Below, in pieces: positions 41,238 to 50,496 of a DNA stretch of 64,000 nt. The notes beneath the pieces are model-generated. The model saw only the letters and a program-made list of their open reading frames with translations, was not told where the DNA came from and did no database searches. This stretch comes from an uncultured Verrucomicrobiae bacterium (lineage in GTDB: Bacteria > Verrucomicrobiota > Verrucomicrobiia > Chthoniobacterales > UBA10450). Location: contig CAWFGO010000001.1 in assembly GCA_963815455.1 (NCBI GenBank), positions 1,600,001 to 1,664,000 of the forward strand. Reading direction: 5' to 3'. The first letter of the stretch is position 1. Each line of letters begins with the position of its first letter. A program made the translations under genes and the position numbers.

Positions 41238-41450
41238 TTACTTGTTTCCAAAACCGCCGTCGATGTTCTTACCGGCTCCGGCGACTCCCGCTCCGGCTAC
41301 GCCAGCTCCAGCGACTCCAGCTCCGGCAACTCCGGCTCCAGCGACCCCGTGTCCGGCAACTCCCGCGCCGGCTACTCCATGTCCGCCGCCTTTGGCGTCT
41401 TTGCGGGGTTTGAGGTCACGAACTTTGATGTTTTTATTTTTCTTAGCCAT
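41238..41450 (-). CDS. double-glycine-leader precursor peptide with G(A/H)GVA x7 core
   Basis: Leader MAKKNKNIKVRDLKPRKDAKGG (22 aa) plus 48-aa core; co-oriented with and downstream of the C39 ABC transporter. Confidence 0.8.
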   Translation of the reverse strand: MAKKNKNIKVRDLKPRKDAKGGGHGVAGAGVAGHGVAGAGVAGAGVAGAGVAGAGVAGAGKNIDGGFGNK

Positions 41451-41451
41451 T

Positions 41452-41634
41452 TTATTTTTCCTTTTTGTTGTAGGTTAGTTGTTGTGGTTCAGTTGCGCCG
41501 AACAACAACCGACGACCCCCCGAGACGTTGGCCTTTGGGATCAGGTCGTCCAAGCGGATCAATTTTTCTTTCTTTCGCCTTTGCTTTCGAATTCCTGATT
41601 CTCCAGCAGCAGCATTTATGTTGTCTTTCGGCAT
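41452..41634 (-). CDS. second putative double-glycine-leader peptide
   Basis: ..KKEKLIRLDDLIPKANVSGG|RRLLFGATEPQQLTYNKKEK; leader aligns with the neighbour; stop is 1 nt before the neighbour's ATG. Confidence 0.65.
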   Translation of the reverse strand: MPKDNINAAAGESGIRKQRRKKEKLIRLDDLIPKANVSGGRRLLFGATEPQQLTYNKKEK

Positions 41635-41655
41635 ACTTTGTTAACGAATCCCATT

Positions 41656-41671
41656 ATCAGTATCCATGCCA
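41656..41671 (-). promoter_or_regulatory. candidate sigma-54 (-24/-12) promoter for the peptide genes
   Basis: TGGCATGGATACTGAT versus consensus TGGCACG-N4-TTGCW; GA replaces GC at -12; ends 22 nt before ATG 41634. Confidence 0.45.
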
Positions 41672-41797
41672 GTGTGGACTCGGCGCCAAAATAGGAGAGT
41701 AATCCGGTGCGAGCATCTGCTTTGTCTTCAGTAATTTACAACTAATTACAATTTCTCGGAATGGCGCATGCGAAGACAAAAAATCGAACACAGCGTT

Positions 41798-41855
41798 GGC
41801 CTCGATCTGAGTCCATCATAGTGCCATTATTAGACCAGCTCGCTCACTTTTGAGC
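41798..41855. promoter_or_regulatory. candidate upstream activator sites
   Basis: Imperfect palindromes ggcctcgatctgagtcc and gctcacttttgagc, about 130-185 bp upstream of the putative promoter. Confidence 0.35.
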
Positions 41856-42842
41856 CATCTTCTGAAGGTGCCGCGTAAGGGTTGCGCGAGAGATGCCAAG
41901 TAGCTTCGCCGTTCGTCGTTGATTCCGATTTGTTTGTTCGTAAACCCGGCTTACATGCCGGCGCACCGCGGCTACCAGCGAAAGATCTTGATCCGATCGA
42001 TCATGATTCTGACCCGGCTGCGAGGCCCGCTCGGATCGATCGTTGTTCGAAGAAGTGTCGGGCAGATCGGGAGGGAAAAGGACATGTTCCGGCAAGATGA
42101 CCGAGCCCTCGCAAAAAAGCGTCATGGTGCGAACCGTATGGTTGAGCTCGCGCAAATTCCCCGGCCAATGGTGGGCAGTGAGCCGCTGCATGGCCTCGGG
42201 ATGGATGGCGGTGATCTTCTTGCCTTCGTTTGCCGCCGCGGTTCTGAGTTCGGCCGCGATGAGCGCGGGCAACTCTTCGATTCGTTCGCGTAACGGAGGA
42301 ATTAACAACGTCAGGCCGTTCAGTCGATGATACAAATCTTCCCGAAATTTTCCCTGGCGCACTCGCTCTCGCAGAGAGCAATTGGTCGCGCAGATGATCC
42401 GGGCTTCGCACTTGAGCAGCCGCTCGGAACCCAGGCGCTCAAACTCGCCGTATTCCAGGGCCCGCAAGACTTTCACCTGGGCCAGGGGGCTCATCTCGGA
42501 GATTTCATCGAGGAAAAGAGTGCCGCCGTGAGCGAGTTCAAATTTTCCTTTCACCGTTTGTTGGGCACCGGTAAACGCGCCGCGTTCGTGACCGAAAAGC
42601 TGGCTATCGAGGAGGGTATCGCTCATAGCCGACGCGTTAAACGCGACGAAAGGTTTGCCGGCGCGCGCCGAGGAATTGTGAATGGCGTGGGCAAGGAGCG
42701 TTTTACCGGTACCAGTTTCTCCCAGAAGCACAACAGGCACCGCGGATCTTGCAGCAAGGGCGGCCAGGCGAAGGCAACGAGCCATCGCTTCATTCGTCGT
42801 GGTCAGGGCCTCGACCGTGAGATTGGAAAGTGCCGGTTGCAT
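41844..42842 (-). CDS. sigma-54-dependent transcriptional activator lacking an N-terminal sensor domain
   Basis: [45 protein letters not shown]-terminal Fis HTH ([12 protein letters not shown]). Confidence 0.92.
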   Translation of the reverse strand: MQPALSNLTVEALTTTNEAMARCLRLAALAARSAVPVVLLGETGTGKTLLAHAIHNSSARAGKPFVAFNASAMSDTLLDSQLFGHERGAFTGAQQTVKGKFELAHGGTLFLDEISEMSPLAQVKVLRALEYGEFERLGSERLLKCEARIICATNCSLRERVRQGKFREDLYHRLNGLTLLIPPLRERIEELPALIAAELRTAAANEGKKITAIHPEAMQRLTAHHWPGNLRELNHTVRTMTLFCEGSVILPEHVLFPPDLPDTSSNNDRSERASQPGQNHDRSDQDLSLVAAVRRHVSRVYEQTNRNQRRTAKLLGISRATLTRHLQKMAQK

Positions 42843-42855
42843 CGGGTAAACGGAA

Positions 42856-44040
42856 TTACTCGCGCATATTTTCGCGCAATTGCTTGATCGGCTCGAATGC
42901 GTATTCAATCAGAGTGCGCCGGCCGACCACGATGCGCGCATCGCCTCTCATCCCGACGGACAGGGCCAGCGGCTTGCGGCGCTTGGTGGAGTTGGTCTCA
43001 TCCAGCAAAGCCAATCCCACAAAATGCGGCCCGTCGGCCGAGGAAACGGCAGAGGGACTGACCCAGGAAAGTTTTGCATCCACCGCGCCATAGCGCTGGT
43101 AAGGAAACGCTTCGAAAAACAGGCGGACGCGTTGGTCAGCTTTCAACTTCGGAATTGCGGTTTCGTTGAAGGTTAATCGGGCCCGAACGCTGGATTTTAG
43201 CCGGGCCAGCTGACACAGTTCCTGGCCGCTTTGGACGACGCTGCCGGGGCTGCGTTGCGTCAGGGAGAGAACGACGGCGTCATATGGGGCCCGGATCGAC
43301 AACAGGTTCTGGTCCGAATTCACCAGATCGCCCTTGAGTGCGGACATTCGCATTTTCAGCTTTTCGATCTCGGCAACTTCCTCGCCACGCTTACGCGAGT
43401 GTTCCACCTCCATTCGCTTCCGATCCAGCTTCACCTGTTGCAGCGTCCGCTGCGAAACGCTCAAATCTTTTTCGGATGCCGCCAGATCGAGCCGGAGCCG
43501 GATTAGCTCGACCTGCGAAATACCGCCGCTCGCAGAGAGCGTTTCCATTCGATTAACCAAATCCTTGCTGCTGGCCACGTGTTTTTCCCGAAATTTCACT
43601 TCGCTTTCGGCCTGCCCGATTTCCGCCAATTTAATTTCGAGCTCTGATTTGTAAGCGGCATCGGCCTTGGAAAGGCTCTGCTCACGTGTCCGCAAGTCCT
43701 CGGCGTAGGTTCGTGAATCGGTGCTCAGGCCGCGGATCTCATCAGAACGCAACACGAACAATTGATCGCCTTTCTTCACCTGCTGGCCTTCCGCCACTCC
43801 AATCTGAGTCACAACGGCGAGACGCGGCGATTGAATTGGGTCGGCGCCTTCTTTTGGAATCAGGATAAATGGAGCGTTGACAGTCTCGGGAAGGTGAATG
43901 GTTATTGCGGCGAACAACCCGGCGAAAAACATTGCGATCAAAAGCCAGGCAATGAGCCTCATGATCCTGGGAGGCGGATCCTGGGGCAACATTTCCGACT
44001 CGACCGCCTTGGCGCCGCGTTGAGTTGCAGTTGCGCTCAT
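42856..44040 (-). CDS. HlyD family membrane-fusion protein
   Basis: N-terminal [15 protein letters not shown], coiled coil, [19 protein letters not shown]...[15 protein letters not shown]. Confidence 0.92.
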   Translation of the reverse strand: MSATATQRGAKAVESEMLPQDPPPRIMRLIAWLLIAMFFAGLFAAITIHLPETVNAPFILIPKEGADPIQSPRLAVVTQIGVAEGQQVKKGDQLFVLRSDEIRGLSTDSRTYAEDLRTREQSLSKADAAYKSELEIKLAEIGQAESEVKFREKHVASSKDLVNRMETLSASGGISQVELIRLRLDLAASEKDLSVSQRTLQQVKLDRKRMEVEHSRKRGEEVAEIEKLKMRMSALKGDLVNSDQNLLSIRAPYDAVVLSLTQRSPGSVVQSGQELCQLARLKSSVRARLTFNETAIPKLKADQRVRLFFEAFPYQRYGAVDAKLSWVSPSAVSSADGPHFVGLALLDETNSTKRRKPLALSVGMRGDARIVVGRRTLIEYAFEPIKQLRENMRE

Positions 44041-44066
44041 GTTGATTTTTCGGTGATCAAACCACG

Positions 44067-47000
44067 TCAGATTCCTAATTGTTGGCTGGAGAGATAAAAA
44101 TAGAGGCCGCGCTGGGCCATCAGTTCGTCGTGCGTTCCGACTTCGGCCACGCTGCCTTTTTCCAGGACGACTATCGCGTGTGCCTCGCGAATCGTGCTCA
44201 AGCGGTGAGCGATCACAATAGTCGTGCGTCCGGCCATCAGTTTTCCGAGATTATCCTGGATCGCGCGTTCCGATTCCGTGTCGAGCGCGCTGGTGGCTTC
44301 GTCAAAAATTAGCACCGGCGGGTTATTGTAAATCGCGCGAGCAATCGCGACGCGCTGTTTCTGTCCGCCCGACAAAGTCAGTCCCGATTCGCCGATCTTG
44401 GTTTCGTAACCGAGCGGCAATCGCATGATGAAATCGTGCGCCGCCGCTGCCTGAGCCGCGGCCAGAACCCGATCCAGGTCCGGCTCGGCATCACCGAAAG
44501 AAATGTTGCGCGCGATCGTCTCGTTAAAAATGTGGTTCTCCTGCAACACCATTCCAATTTGGTGGCGGACGTCCCGATAATTAAGCGTCTTAAGATCGAC
44601 ATTATCGAACAGGATTGTTCCCTCGGTTGGTTCGAGCAGGCCGGCGATCAATTTGATGAGCGTCGTTTTTCCGCAACCGCTGCGGCCCACCAAGGCAATC
44701 ATTCGTCCCGGCGCAATATCCAGCGTGATGCCTTTCAAAATATCCGGCGATTCCGGCCCGCCGTATTTGAAGCCGACATTGCGTAACTCGATGCGGCCCT
44801 CCAGGCTGTGGACCGGTGTGAGCCGGGAGCGATCTCTTCCCTGCTCGGGTTCCTGTTCGAAAATGTCGTTCAACCGGTTCAGTAGAACGGAAGCGAATTG
44901 CAGGTTGTCCCAGACGCCGAGTGTTCGCATGATTCCTCCGTAGGCCATCGCGGTCAACGAACTAAAAGCAACGAAACCGCCGATGCTCAGGTTTCCCTGT
45001 ATGACCTGGTTTGCTCCGACCCAGAGAAAGATGGCGGTCGAAAGCATACCGATTGTTTGCAGGACACTGTCGTATGACATCACGATGAAGCTGCTCCGAA
45101 AGATTTTCTTCGACACGGCCAGGAATTCGTTGAGCATGGTGTCCCGAAAAACGGACTCGGCGGCGGCCGCCTTCACCGCCTCGATGCCTTTGATCGCATC
45201 GATCTGATGCGAGCTATACTTGCCCTGCGCTTCCTCGACCTCGGCAAACAATGGCCGCAGGACCTTCTTCGAAAAATACATCAGCCCGGCGTAAATCGGC
45301 GTGGTGACAAGAAAAGCCAGCATCAGGGACGGGCTGTAAACAAACATGAGCACGAGCGCGCCGGTGAGCTGCACAAGCGCCAGCAGCGCGCCGATTCCGT
45401 TGCCTACGGCGAATTGCCGGACCTGACGCGCGCCGTCCAACCGCCGCTGAATGTCGCCGGTGCGACGGCTGGTAAAGTAGGTCATCGGCAGAGACAAAAG
45501 CTGGCGGCTCAGGAAATCGAGGATCGCCGTGTCGAGGCGAACGGCCGCGAACGCGAGCAGGTATTCCTGGGCCAGGGCGGAGGCTTGAACAAAAAAGAGC
45601 GCCGCGCCCATGCCCAGCAGGATCGTTTTGAGAAGACCGATGTCCTTCTCGACGATCACCTTGTCCACCACCATTTCGGTAAAGATCGGGAAGAGCAATT
45701 GCAGGAAGCTCACCGCGACTGCCAGCAGGAGCACCTGCAAGAGAATGCGGCGGAACTTCGCGAAAAAGGGCATCAGCCACGCCAGAGTTGCCTTCGACTC
45801 GGGCGCTTTCTCGAACGCAATCGTGTAATCAAACAGCGCGGCATAACCCGACCAGCCTTGTTCGAAGTCTTTTCGCGGAATCCGTCTCAGCCCGAGGCCC
45901 GGATCCGCTACCCGGACGAATTTCTCATCGACATCGTAGAGGACCATCCAATGATTGCCCTCCCAATGAACGATGGCGGGCAACGGCATCTGCGGGAGAT
46001 TGCGCAACGAAACTTTTAACGCGCGGGCGGCCAGACCCAGCTCCGTCGCCGCCCGGCAAAGCGCCTTCAGGCTCGTGCCATCCGTGGCGGTGTGACAAAG
46101 CTGCCGGATGTACGCGAGGCTTACTTTGCGTCCGAAATGACGGCAGATCATGCCCAGACTCGCCGCGCCGCAATCCATCTCGTCGATTTGCTCGATATGC
46201 TCGAACTTGCGGATCGGTTTCTTCCGTTTGCGGAAAAGCCCTGTCTCGTCCGCGAATGGTTCCTCGCCATCTTTGCCGGGCGGGAGCGCGGCTTCTCCGT
46301 CCAGGGCCACCTTGTTCACGGTGGCGGTTTCGGCCGGCAAGTTTTCGACCGTAAAATCCAGCGGAATCCGCGCCTCGGTTTTTGCCTGATATTGCGCGAG
46401 GCGCTCTTCGAGCAGTTTTTGGAACTCCGGGAAGCGGTTTTTCAAATCGTGGACAGCGCTTGGCTCGAGCGCCAGCAAGCGACAATCGGTGAAAGCTTCC
46501 ACCGAGGCCGCCCGAGGCGACCCATTTAAGATCGACAATTCGCCAAAAAAATCGCCGTCCCGGTAGAACGCGAGATTGCGTTCGCGGCCGTTGTTCGCGA
46601 GAAAGGCCCGAGCCCGGCCTTTTTCGAGGATGAACATCGGCCCGGCGGGATCGCCCGCGCGAATGATGAGACCGCCTTTTTGGCAATCCATTGGGGTGAG
46701 ATTCTCGATCATTCCGCGCAAGGCCGCGGCGGGGAGCCGGCCGAAATTGCTGAACTCGTAAAGGAAACCCTGGAGCGCGCGCTGCCGTCCCATGATCTCG
46801 ATGTGGTGTTTTAGCTCAGGAACTTCCGCCACCAGTTGCAGAAAATCGTCGCGATCGAGTCTGATGACGTCGACTGCGGTACTGCAACGGACGCTGGCCG
46901 ATCGCGTGCCGCCCTCGGCCAGGGCTGCTTCGCCAAAAGTGTCGCCCGGCTTGAGCGTGCCCAACGGCAATTCTTGTCCATCCTGGGCCGTCTTGATTGC

Positions 47001-47180
47001 CCGTGCTCGACCGGATGTCAGCACGTAAAACGAGTCGGCCGGGTCGCCTTCTTTGACGATGATCTCGCCGAATTCGTAATGCTCTTCCTGCATCAACGGC
47101 ACGATTTTTTCGAAAATCTCGTCCGGTAGCAGCTTGAACAGCGAGGTTCGTCTTAGCAGAGCATCGTCGTAAGTTTTCAT
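44067..47180 (-). CDS. peptidase-containing ABC transporter (2x cNMP - C39 - TMD - NBD)
   Basis: Two cNMP domains (GDTFGE..RSASV; GDFFGE..RAASV), QIDEMDCGAASL and HWEGNHWMVLYD (C39 Cys/His/Asp), GRSGCGKT, LSGGQKQR, DEATSALD. Confidence 0.95.
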   Translation of the reverse strand: MKTYDDALLRRTSLFKLLPDEIFEKIVPLMQEEHYEFGEIIVKEGDPADSFYVLTSGRARAIKTAQDGQELPLGTLKPGDTFGEAALAEGGTRSASVRCSTAVDVIRLDRDDFLQLVAEVPELKHHIEIMGRQRALQGFLYEFSNFGRLPAAALRGMIENLTPMDCQKGGLIIRAGDPAGPMFILEKGRARAFLANNGRERNLAFYRDGDFFGELSILNGSPRAASVEAFTDCRLLALEPSAVHDLKNRFPEFQKLLEERLAQYQAKTEARIPLDFTVENLPAETATVNKVALDGEAALPPGKDGEEPFADETGLFRKRKKPIRKFEHIEQIDEMDCGAASLGMICRHFGRKVSLAYIRQLCHTATDGTSLKALCRAATELGLAARALKVSLRNLPQMPLPAIVHWEGNHWMVLYDVDEKFVRVADPGLGLRRIPRKDFEQGWSGYAALFDYTIAFEKAPESKATLAWLMPFFAKFRRILLQVLLLAVAVSFLQLLFPIFTEMVVDKVIVEKDIGLLKTILLGMGAALFFVQASALAQEYLLAFAAVRLDTAILDFLSRQLLSLPMTYFTSRRTGDIQRRLDGARQVRQFAVGNGIGALLALVQLTGALVLMFVYSPSLMLAFLVTTPIYAGLMYFSKKVLRPLFAEVEEAQGKYSSHQIDAIKGIEAVKAAAAESVFRDTMLNEFLAVSKKIFRSSFIVMSYDSVLQTIGMLSTAIFLWVGANQVIQGNLSIGGFVAFSSLTAMAYGGIMRTLGVWDNLQFASVLLNRLNDIFEQEPEQGRDRSRLTPVHSLEGRIELRNVGFKYGGPESPDILKGITLDIAPGRMIALVGRSGCGKTTLIKLIAGLLEPTEGTILFDNVDLKTLNYRDVRHQIGMVLQENHIFNETIARNISFGDAEPDLDRVLAAAQAAAAHDFIMRLPLGYETKIGESGLTLSGGQKQRVAIARAIYNNPPVLIFDEATSALDTESERAIQDNLGKLMAGRTTIVIAHRLSTIREAHAIVVLEKGSVAEVGTHDELMAQRGLYFYLSSQQLGI

Positions 47181-48268
47181 TGCGCGTAATTGAGCGGGCC
47201 CCGCCATTGGATGCGGTCGGCCACGAGCTGGCAGAAATGCCGATCAAGGATGGATTGGTCGATCCGGGCCTGAAGGGCCGGGTCATCCGCGTCGGGCGCG
47301 ATCTTTTTCATGATCCGGCACAACTGAAAACCGTCGCCGCGGGTCAGGGGCTCCAGGACTTTTCCGGGCGACACACTGAGAAACTTTTGCTGAAGTTCGT
47401 TGTCGATCTCCTGAAGCAGTAGCTCGACCCGGGTAAATGGATAACGCCCCTCCTTTGCCACTTCTTCCATCGACATTTCATCCTCGGTAACGCAGAGCGA
47501 TGCTTCCCGGGCCGCATCCATCGATTCCACTTCCACCATTTCCACTTCAAATCGCGTTAGCGGCAAACGCAATGCCGCCAGTTCGCTTTGACGCGACTTC
47601 GGATTTAGAAGCTGATCTCTTTTCGCATGCAAGATCGCCTCCATTCGCAGCATTTCATCGAGCCACTCCCGGTTCCGGCCAATGCCGGAAAGCCAGGCCA
47701 CCAATCCGGCCTGATCGATCCCGGTGCGTTCCAAAAAAGATTTCTCCTGCAACGCGATCGAAGCCGGATCGATCTCTTCGGCTTTCGATTCAAAAGCTGC
47801 GGCGACGCGCCAGCTGAGTTCCCTGGCCATCTTGTCGAACTCCCCGGAGAGAATGAGATCGATCTTCAGCAGATCGCGCAAATCCTCCGGTGCCGCAACG
47901 TAATCGATCGCCTTCGGCGCGACTTCGTCGTTCCAATGTTCGCCCCAATAGCGGCGCGCAAAATATTCTCCGAAATCGTCCAGGGTCAGGTCGCGCGCTT
48001 CGAGCCAATGCTCCGTCTCTTCCGCCGTGATCAGGTCATGGTCATAGCGAAATTCTTCCGCCGCCTGGTCCAGCGCGCCCTCCTCGATCTCGAGTTCATC
48101 GGCCTGGTTTTCACACTCGATGCTTCGCAGAAGTTCGTTCCAAATCGGCGCCAGATCGCCACGGAACAAGGCCGCATCGATCACATCCTTTTCCATGTAG
48201 GAAACGCCCTCACACGCGAAAATGGCGACCGGTTCTTTTAGAGTGGGCTGACTATCTTGGTTGGACAC
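47177..48268 (-). CDS. PpiC/SurA-like chaperone associated with the peptide exporter
   Basis: AAEEFRYDHDLITAEETEHWLEARDLTLDDF helical region and a degenerate parvulin-like C-terminus (PGKVLEP..DGFQLCRI); overlaps the transporter start by 4 nt. Confidence 0.65.
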   Translation of the reverse strand: MSNQDSQPTLKEPVAIFACEGVSYMEKDVIDAALFRGDLAPIWNELLRSIECENQADELEIEEGALDQAAEEFRYDHDLITAEETEHWLEARDLTLDDFGEYFARRYWGEHWNDEVAPKAIDYVAAPEDLRDLLKIDLILSGEFDKMARELSWRVAAAFESKAEEIDPASIALQEKSFLERTGIDQAGLVAWLSGIGRNREWLDEMLRMEAILHAKRDQLLNPKSRQSELAALRLPLTRFEVEMVEVESMDAAREASLCVTEDEMSMEEVAKEGRYPFTRVELLLQEIDNELQQKFLSVSPGKVLEPLTRGDGFQLCRIMKKIAPDADDPALQARIDQSILDRHFCQLVADRIQWRGPLNYAQ

Positions 48269-48375
48269 CAGCCCTGTCTCCTAACCGAAAGGGGCATACG
48301 AAGTCTAGCCTAAAAATGCGCCTTTTGGCCTTGTTTTGAGGCCAGTGGGCATTCCTGCCTCGGGCCCGCCCTCCC

Positions 48376-49413
48376 TCAGGACGATATCCTGCCCCAATCG
48401 AGCACGATCTTGCCGGAGTTGCCGGATTTCATTAACTCGATGGCTTCCTTGAATTCCGTGAAGGGAAACCGGTGGGTGATGACGGGTGAGATGTCGAGGC
48501 CGCTTTGAATGAGGGCGGTCATTTTGTACCAGGTCTCATACATTTCGCGGCCGTAGATTCCTTTGATCGTCAGCTGATTAAAAACGACGAGGTTCCAATC
48601 GATCGCAGCGCTTCCGGGCATGATGCCGAGCAGCGCGATTTTGCCGCCGTGAAACATGTTCGGCAAAATGTCGGCGAATGCTTTCGGATTGCCGGACATT
48701 TCAAGCGCGACGTCGAACCCTTCTCTCATGTCGAGCTTGTGCATGGCATCGGTGAGCTTCTCCGTGCGCACGTCCAGGGCGATATCGACGCCCATTTTGC
48801 GGGCGAGATCGAGACGATACGGATTCACGTCGGTAATCACCACGTGACGCGCGCCGGCTTTTTTGCAGATCGGAATAGCCATGCAACCGATCGGGCCGGC
48901 GCCGGTGATGAGAACGTCTTCGCCGACAAGATCGAACGAGAGCGCGGTGTGCACGGCGTTGCCTAACGGATCGAAACAGGAGAGCACATCGAGCGAGATC
49001 GAGGGATCGGCGTGCCAGCAGTTTGATTGTGGGATGGCCACGAACTCGGCGAACGCGCCCGGCCGATTTACGCCGACGCCTTGGGTGTTTGGGCAAAGAT
49101 GACGCCGCCCGGCCAGACAATTCCGGCAATGCCCGCACGTGATATGGCCTTCGCCAACCACGAGATCACCTTTGGCGAACCCTTTCACGTGATCGCCCAC
49201 ACCATCGACAACGCCGACGAACTCGTGCCCGATCGTCATCGGCACCGGGATCGTTTTCTGCGCCCAGGCATCCCAGTTATATATATGTACGTCCGTCCCG
49301 CAGATCGATGTTTTGACCACACGGATCAGCACATCATCGCCCGTGGCCACGGGAACCGGAACGTCCTCGAGCCAAAGTCCCGGATCGGCCCTCGACTTCA
49401 CCACGGCTTTCAT
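48376..49413 (-). CDS. tdh: L-threonine 3-dehydrogenase
   Basis: [53 protein letters not shown]. Confidence 0.96.
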   Translation of the reverse strand: MKAVVKSRADPGLWLEDVPVPVATGDDVLIRVVKTSICGTDVHIYNWDAWAQKTIPVPMTIGHEFVGVVDGVGDHVKGFAKGDLVVGEGHITCGHCRNCLAGRRHLCPNTQGVGVNRPGAFAEFVAIPQSNCWHADPSISLDVLSCFDPLGNAVHTALSFDLVGEDVLITGAGPIGCMAIPICKKAGARHVVITDVNPYRLDLARKMGVDIALDVRTEKLTDAMHKLDMREGFDVALEMSGNPKAFADILPNMFHGGKIALLGIMPGSAAIDWNLVVFNQLTIKGIYGREMYETWYKMTALIQSGLDISPVITHRFPFTEFKEAIELMKSGNSGKIVLDWGRISS

Positions 49414-49438
49414 TGTTTTTTGCACGACAGGGAGATTA

Positions 49439-49506
49439 TCCACAGATTTCGCAGATTCCTCAGCAAGAATTCTTAATTATCTGCGAAAATCTGCGTAATC
49501 TGTGGA
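49439..49506. repeat. nonamer-based hairpin element
   Basis: tccacagatttcgcagatt ... atctgcgaaaatctgcgtaatctgtgga; a related half-element lies at 38885. Confidence 0.7.
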
Positions 49507-49538
49507 CAAAATTCTCTCCGGTCGGGATGATTCCAGCA

Positions 49539-50453
49539 ATGCCCGTGACGATTGAAGAATCCCAGCTGAAACCGACGAAACCGCGCTCCACGTTCATTTT
49601 GCGGTTCGTCAGCACGATCGGGCTCTGGGCGATCGCGCTGTTTATCGCGTTTTCCGGATACGAAATCCTGTTCTGGTTTCTGATCAGCGCCTTCGGATTG
49701 ATCGCGCTCTGGGAATTCTACGGCATGCTCGATCACGATCATCTGCCGAATTTCAAGATCACGGCGATGATCTGCGGCGCGTTCATGCTGGCCGGTAGTT
49801 TTTATTATTTCGCTCACGTGGGACCGGCCGGTTCCTACGACTTCGAGATCGCGGTCCTGGTTTTTTTTCTTTTGACCATGTTCGCCCGCCAGATGTTCGC
49901 CCGGTTGCGGGATGACGAGCCGCTCAAGACGATGGCGTATACGCTGTTCGGTTTGATGTATGTGCTTTGGCTTTTCAATTTCACGACCAAGATTGTTTAC
50001 CTGACGCCGCGCTCGACCGCCGGCATCGTGACGGGGCAATTTTACTGCCTCTATTTGATCGCGGTGACGAAATTCAGCGATATGGGCGCCTATCTGACGG
50101 GAAGTCTCATCGGCCGGCACCAGATGAGTCCGCACATCAGCGCGAAAAAAACCTGGGAAGGATTCTTCGGCGCGCTCATGTTTGCGCTCCTTTGCAGTTT
50201 GGCCTTGTTCAGTGTTATGCCCGGTCACTTGTCGATGTTGACCTGGACGCATGCCACCATCCTCGGTTTGCTGCTAGGATTCGCGGCGGTGATTGGCGAC
50301 CTGGCGGAGTCGATCATCAAGCGCAGCACCGGAGTAAAAGATTCCGGCAATCTGCTTCCCGGGATCGGTGGCGCGCTCGACCTGATCGACAGTCTCCTGT
50401 TTACGGCACCGGTCTTGTTTTTCTATCTCCGGCTGGTCATTCACGTGCCGTAA
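49539..50453 (+). CDS. cdsA: phosphatidate cytidylyltransferase
   Basis: SDMGAY, ISAKKTWEG, GDLAESIIKR, KDSG..PGIGGALDLIDS. Confidence 0.93.
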   Translation: MPVTIEESQLKPTKPRSTFILRFVSTIGLWAIALFIAFSGYEILFWFLISAFGLIALWEFYGMLDHDHLPNFKITAMICGAFMLAGSFYYFAHVGPAGSYDFEIAVLVFFLLTMFARQMFARLRDDEPLKTMAYTLFGLMYVLWLFNFTTKIVYLTPRSTAGIVTGQFYCLYLIAVTKFSDMGAYLTGSLIGRHQMSPHISAKKTWEGFFGALMFALLCSLALFSVMPGHLSMLTWTHATILGLLLGFAAVIGDLAESIIKRSTGVKDSGNLLPGIGGALDLIDSLLFTAPVLFFYLRLVIHVP

Positions 50454-50496
50454 CAACCGCCGTGAACCGTTGTGACCGTTGTGTGATAGATTGAAA

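Noticed and set aside
41191..41478. Plus-strand ORF with PAPAT repeats
   Set aside because: Antisense shadow of the GAGVA peptide. Wobble positions coincide, so codon variation cannot decide, but the GG leader, coupling to the upstream ORF and orientation with the exporter favour the minus strand.
41811..41826. Second TGGCAC sigma-54-like site on the minus strand
   Set aside because: Poor -12 element (ATGGAC), far from the start codon, and lying among the candidate activator palindromes.
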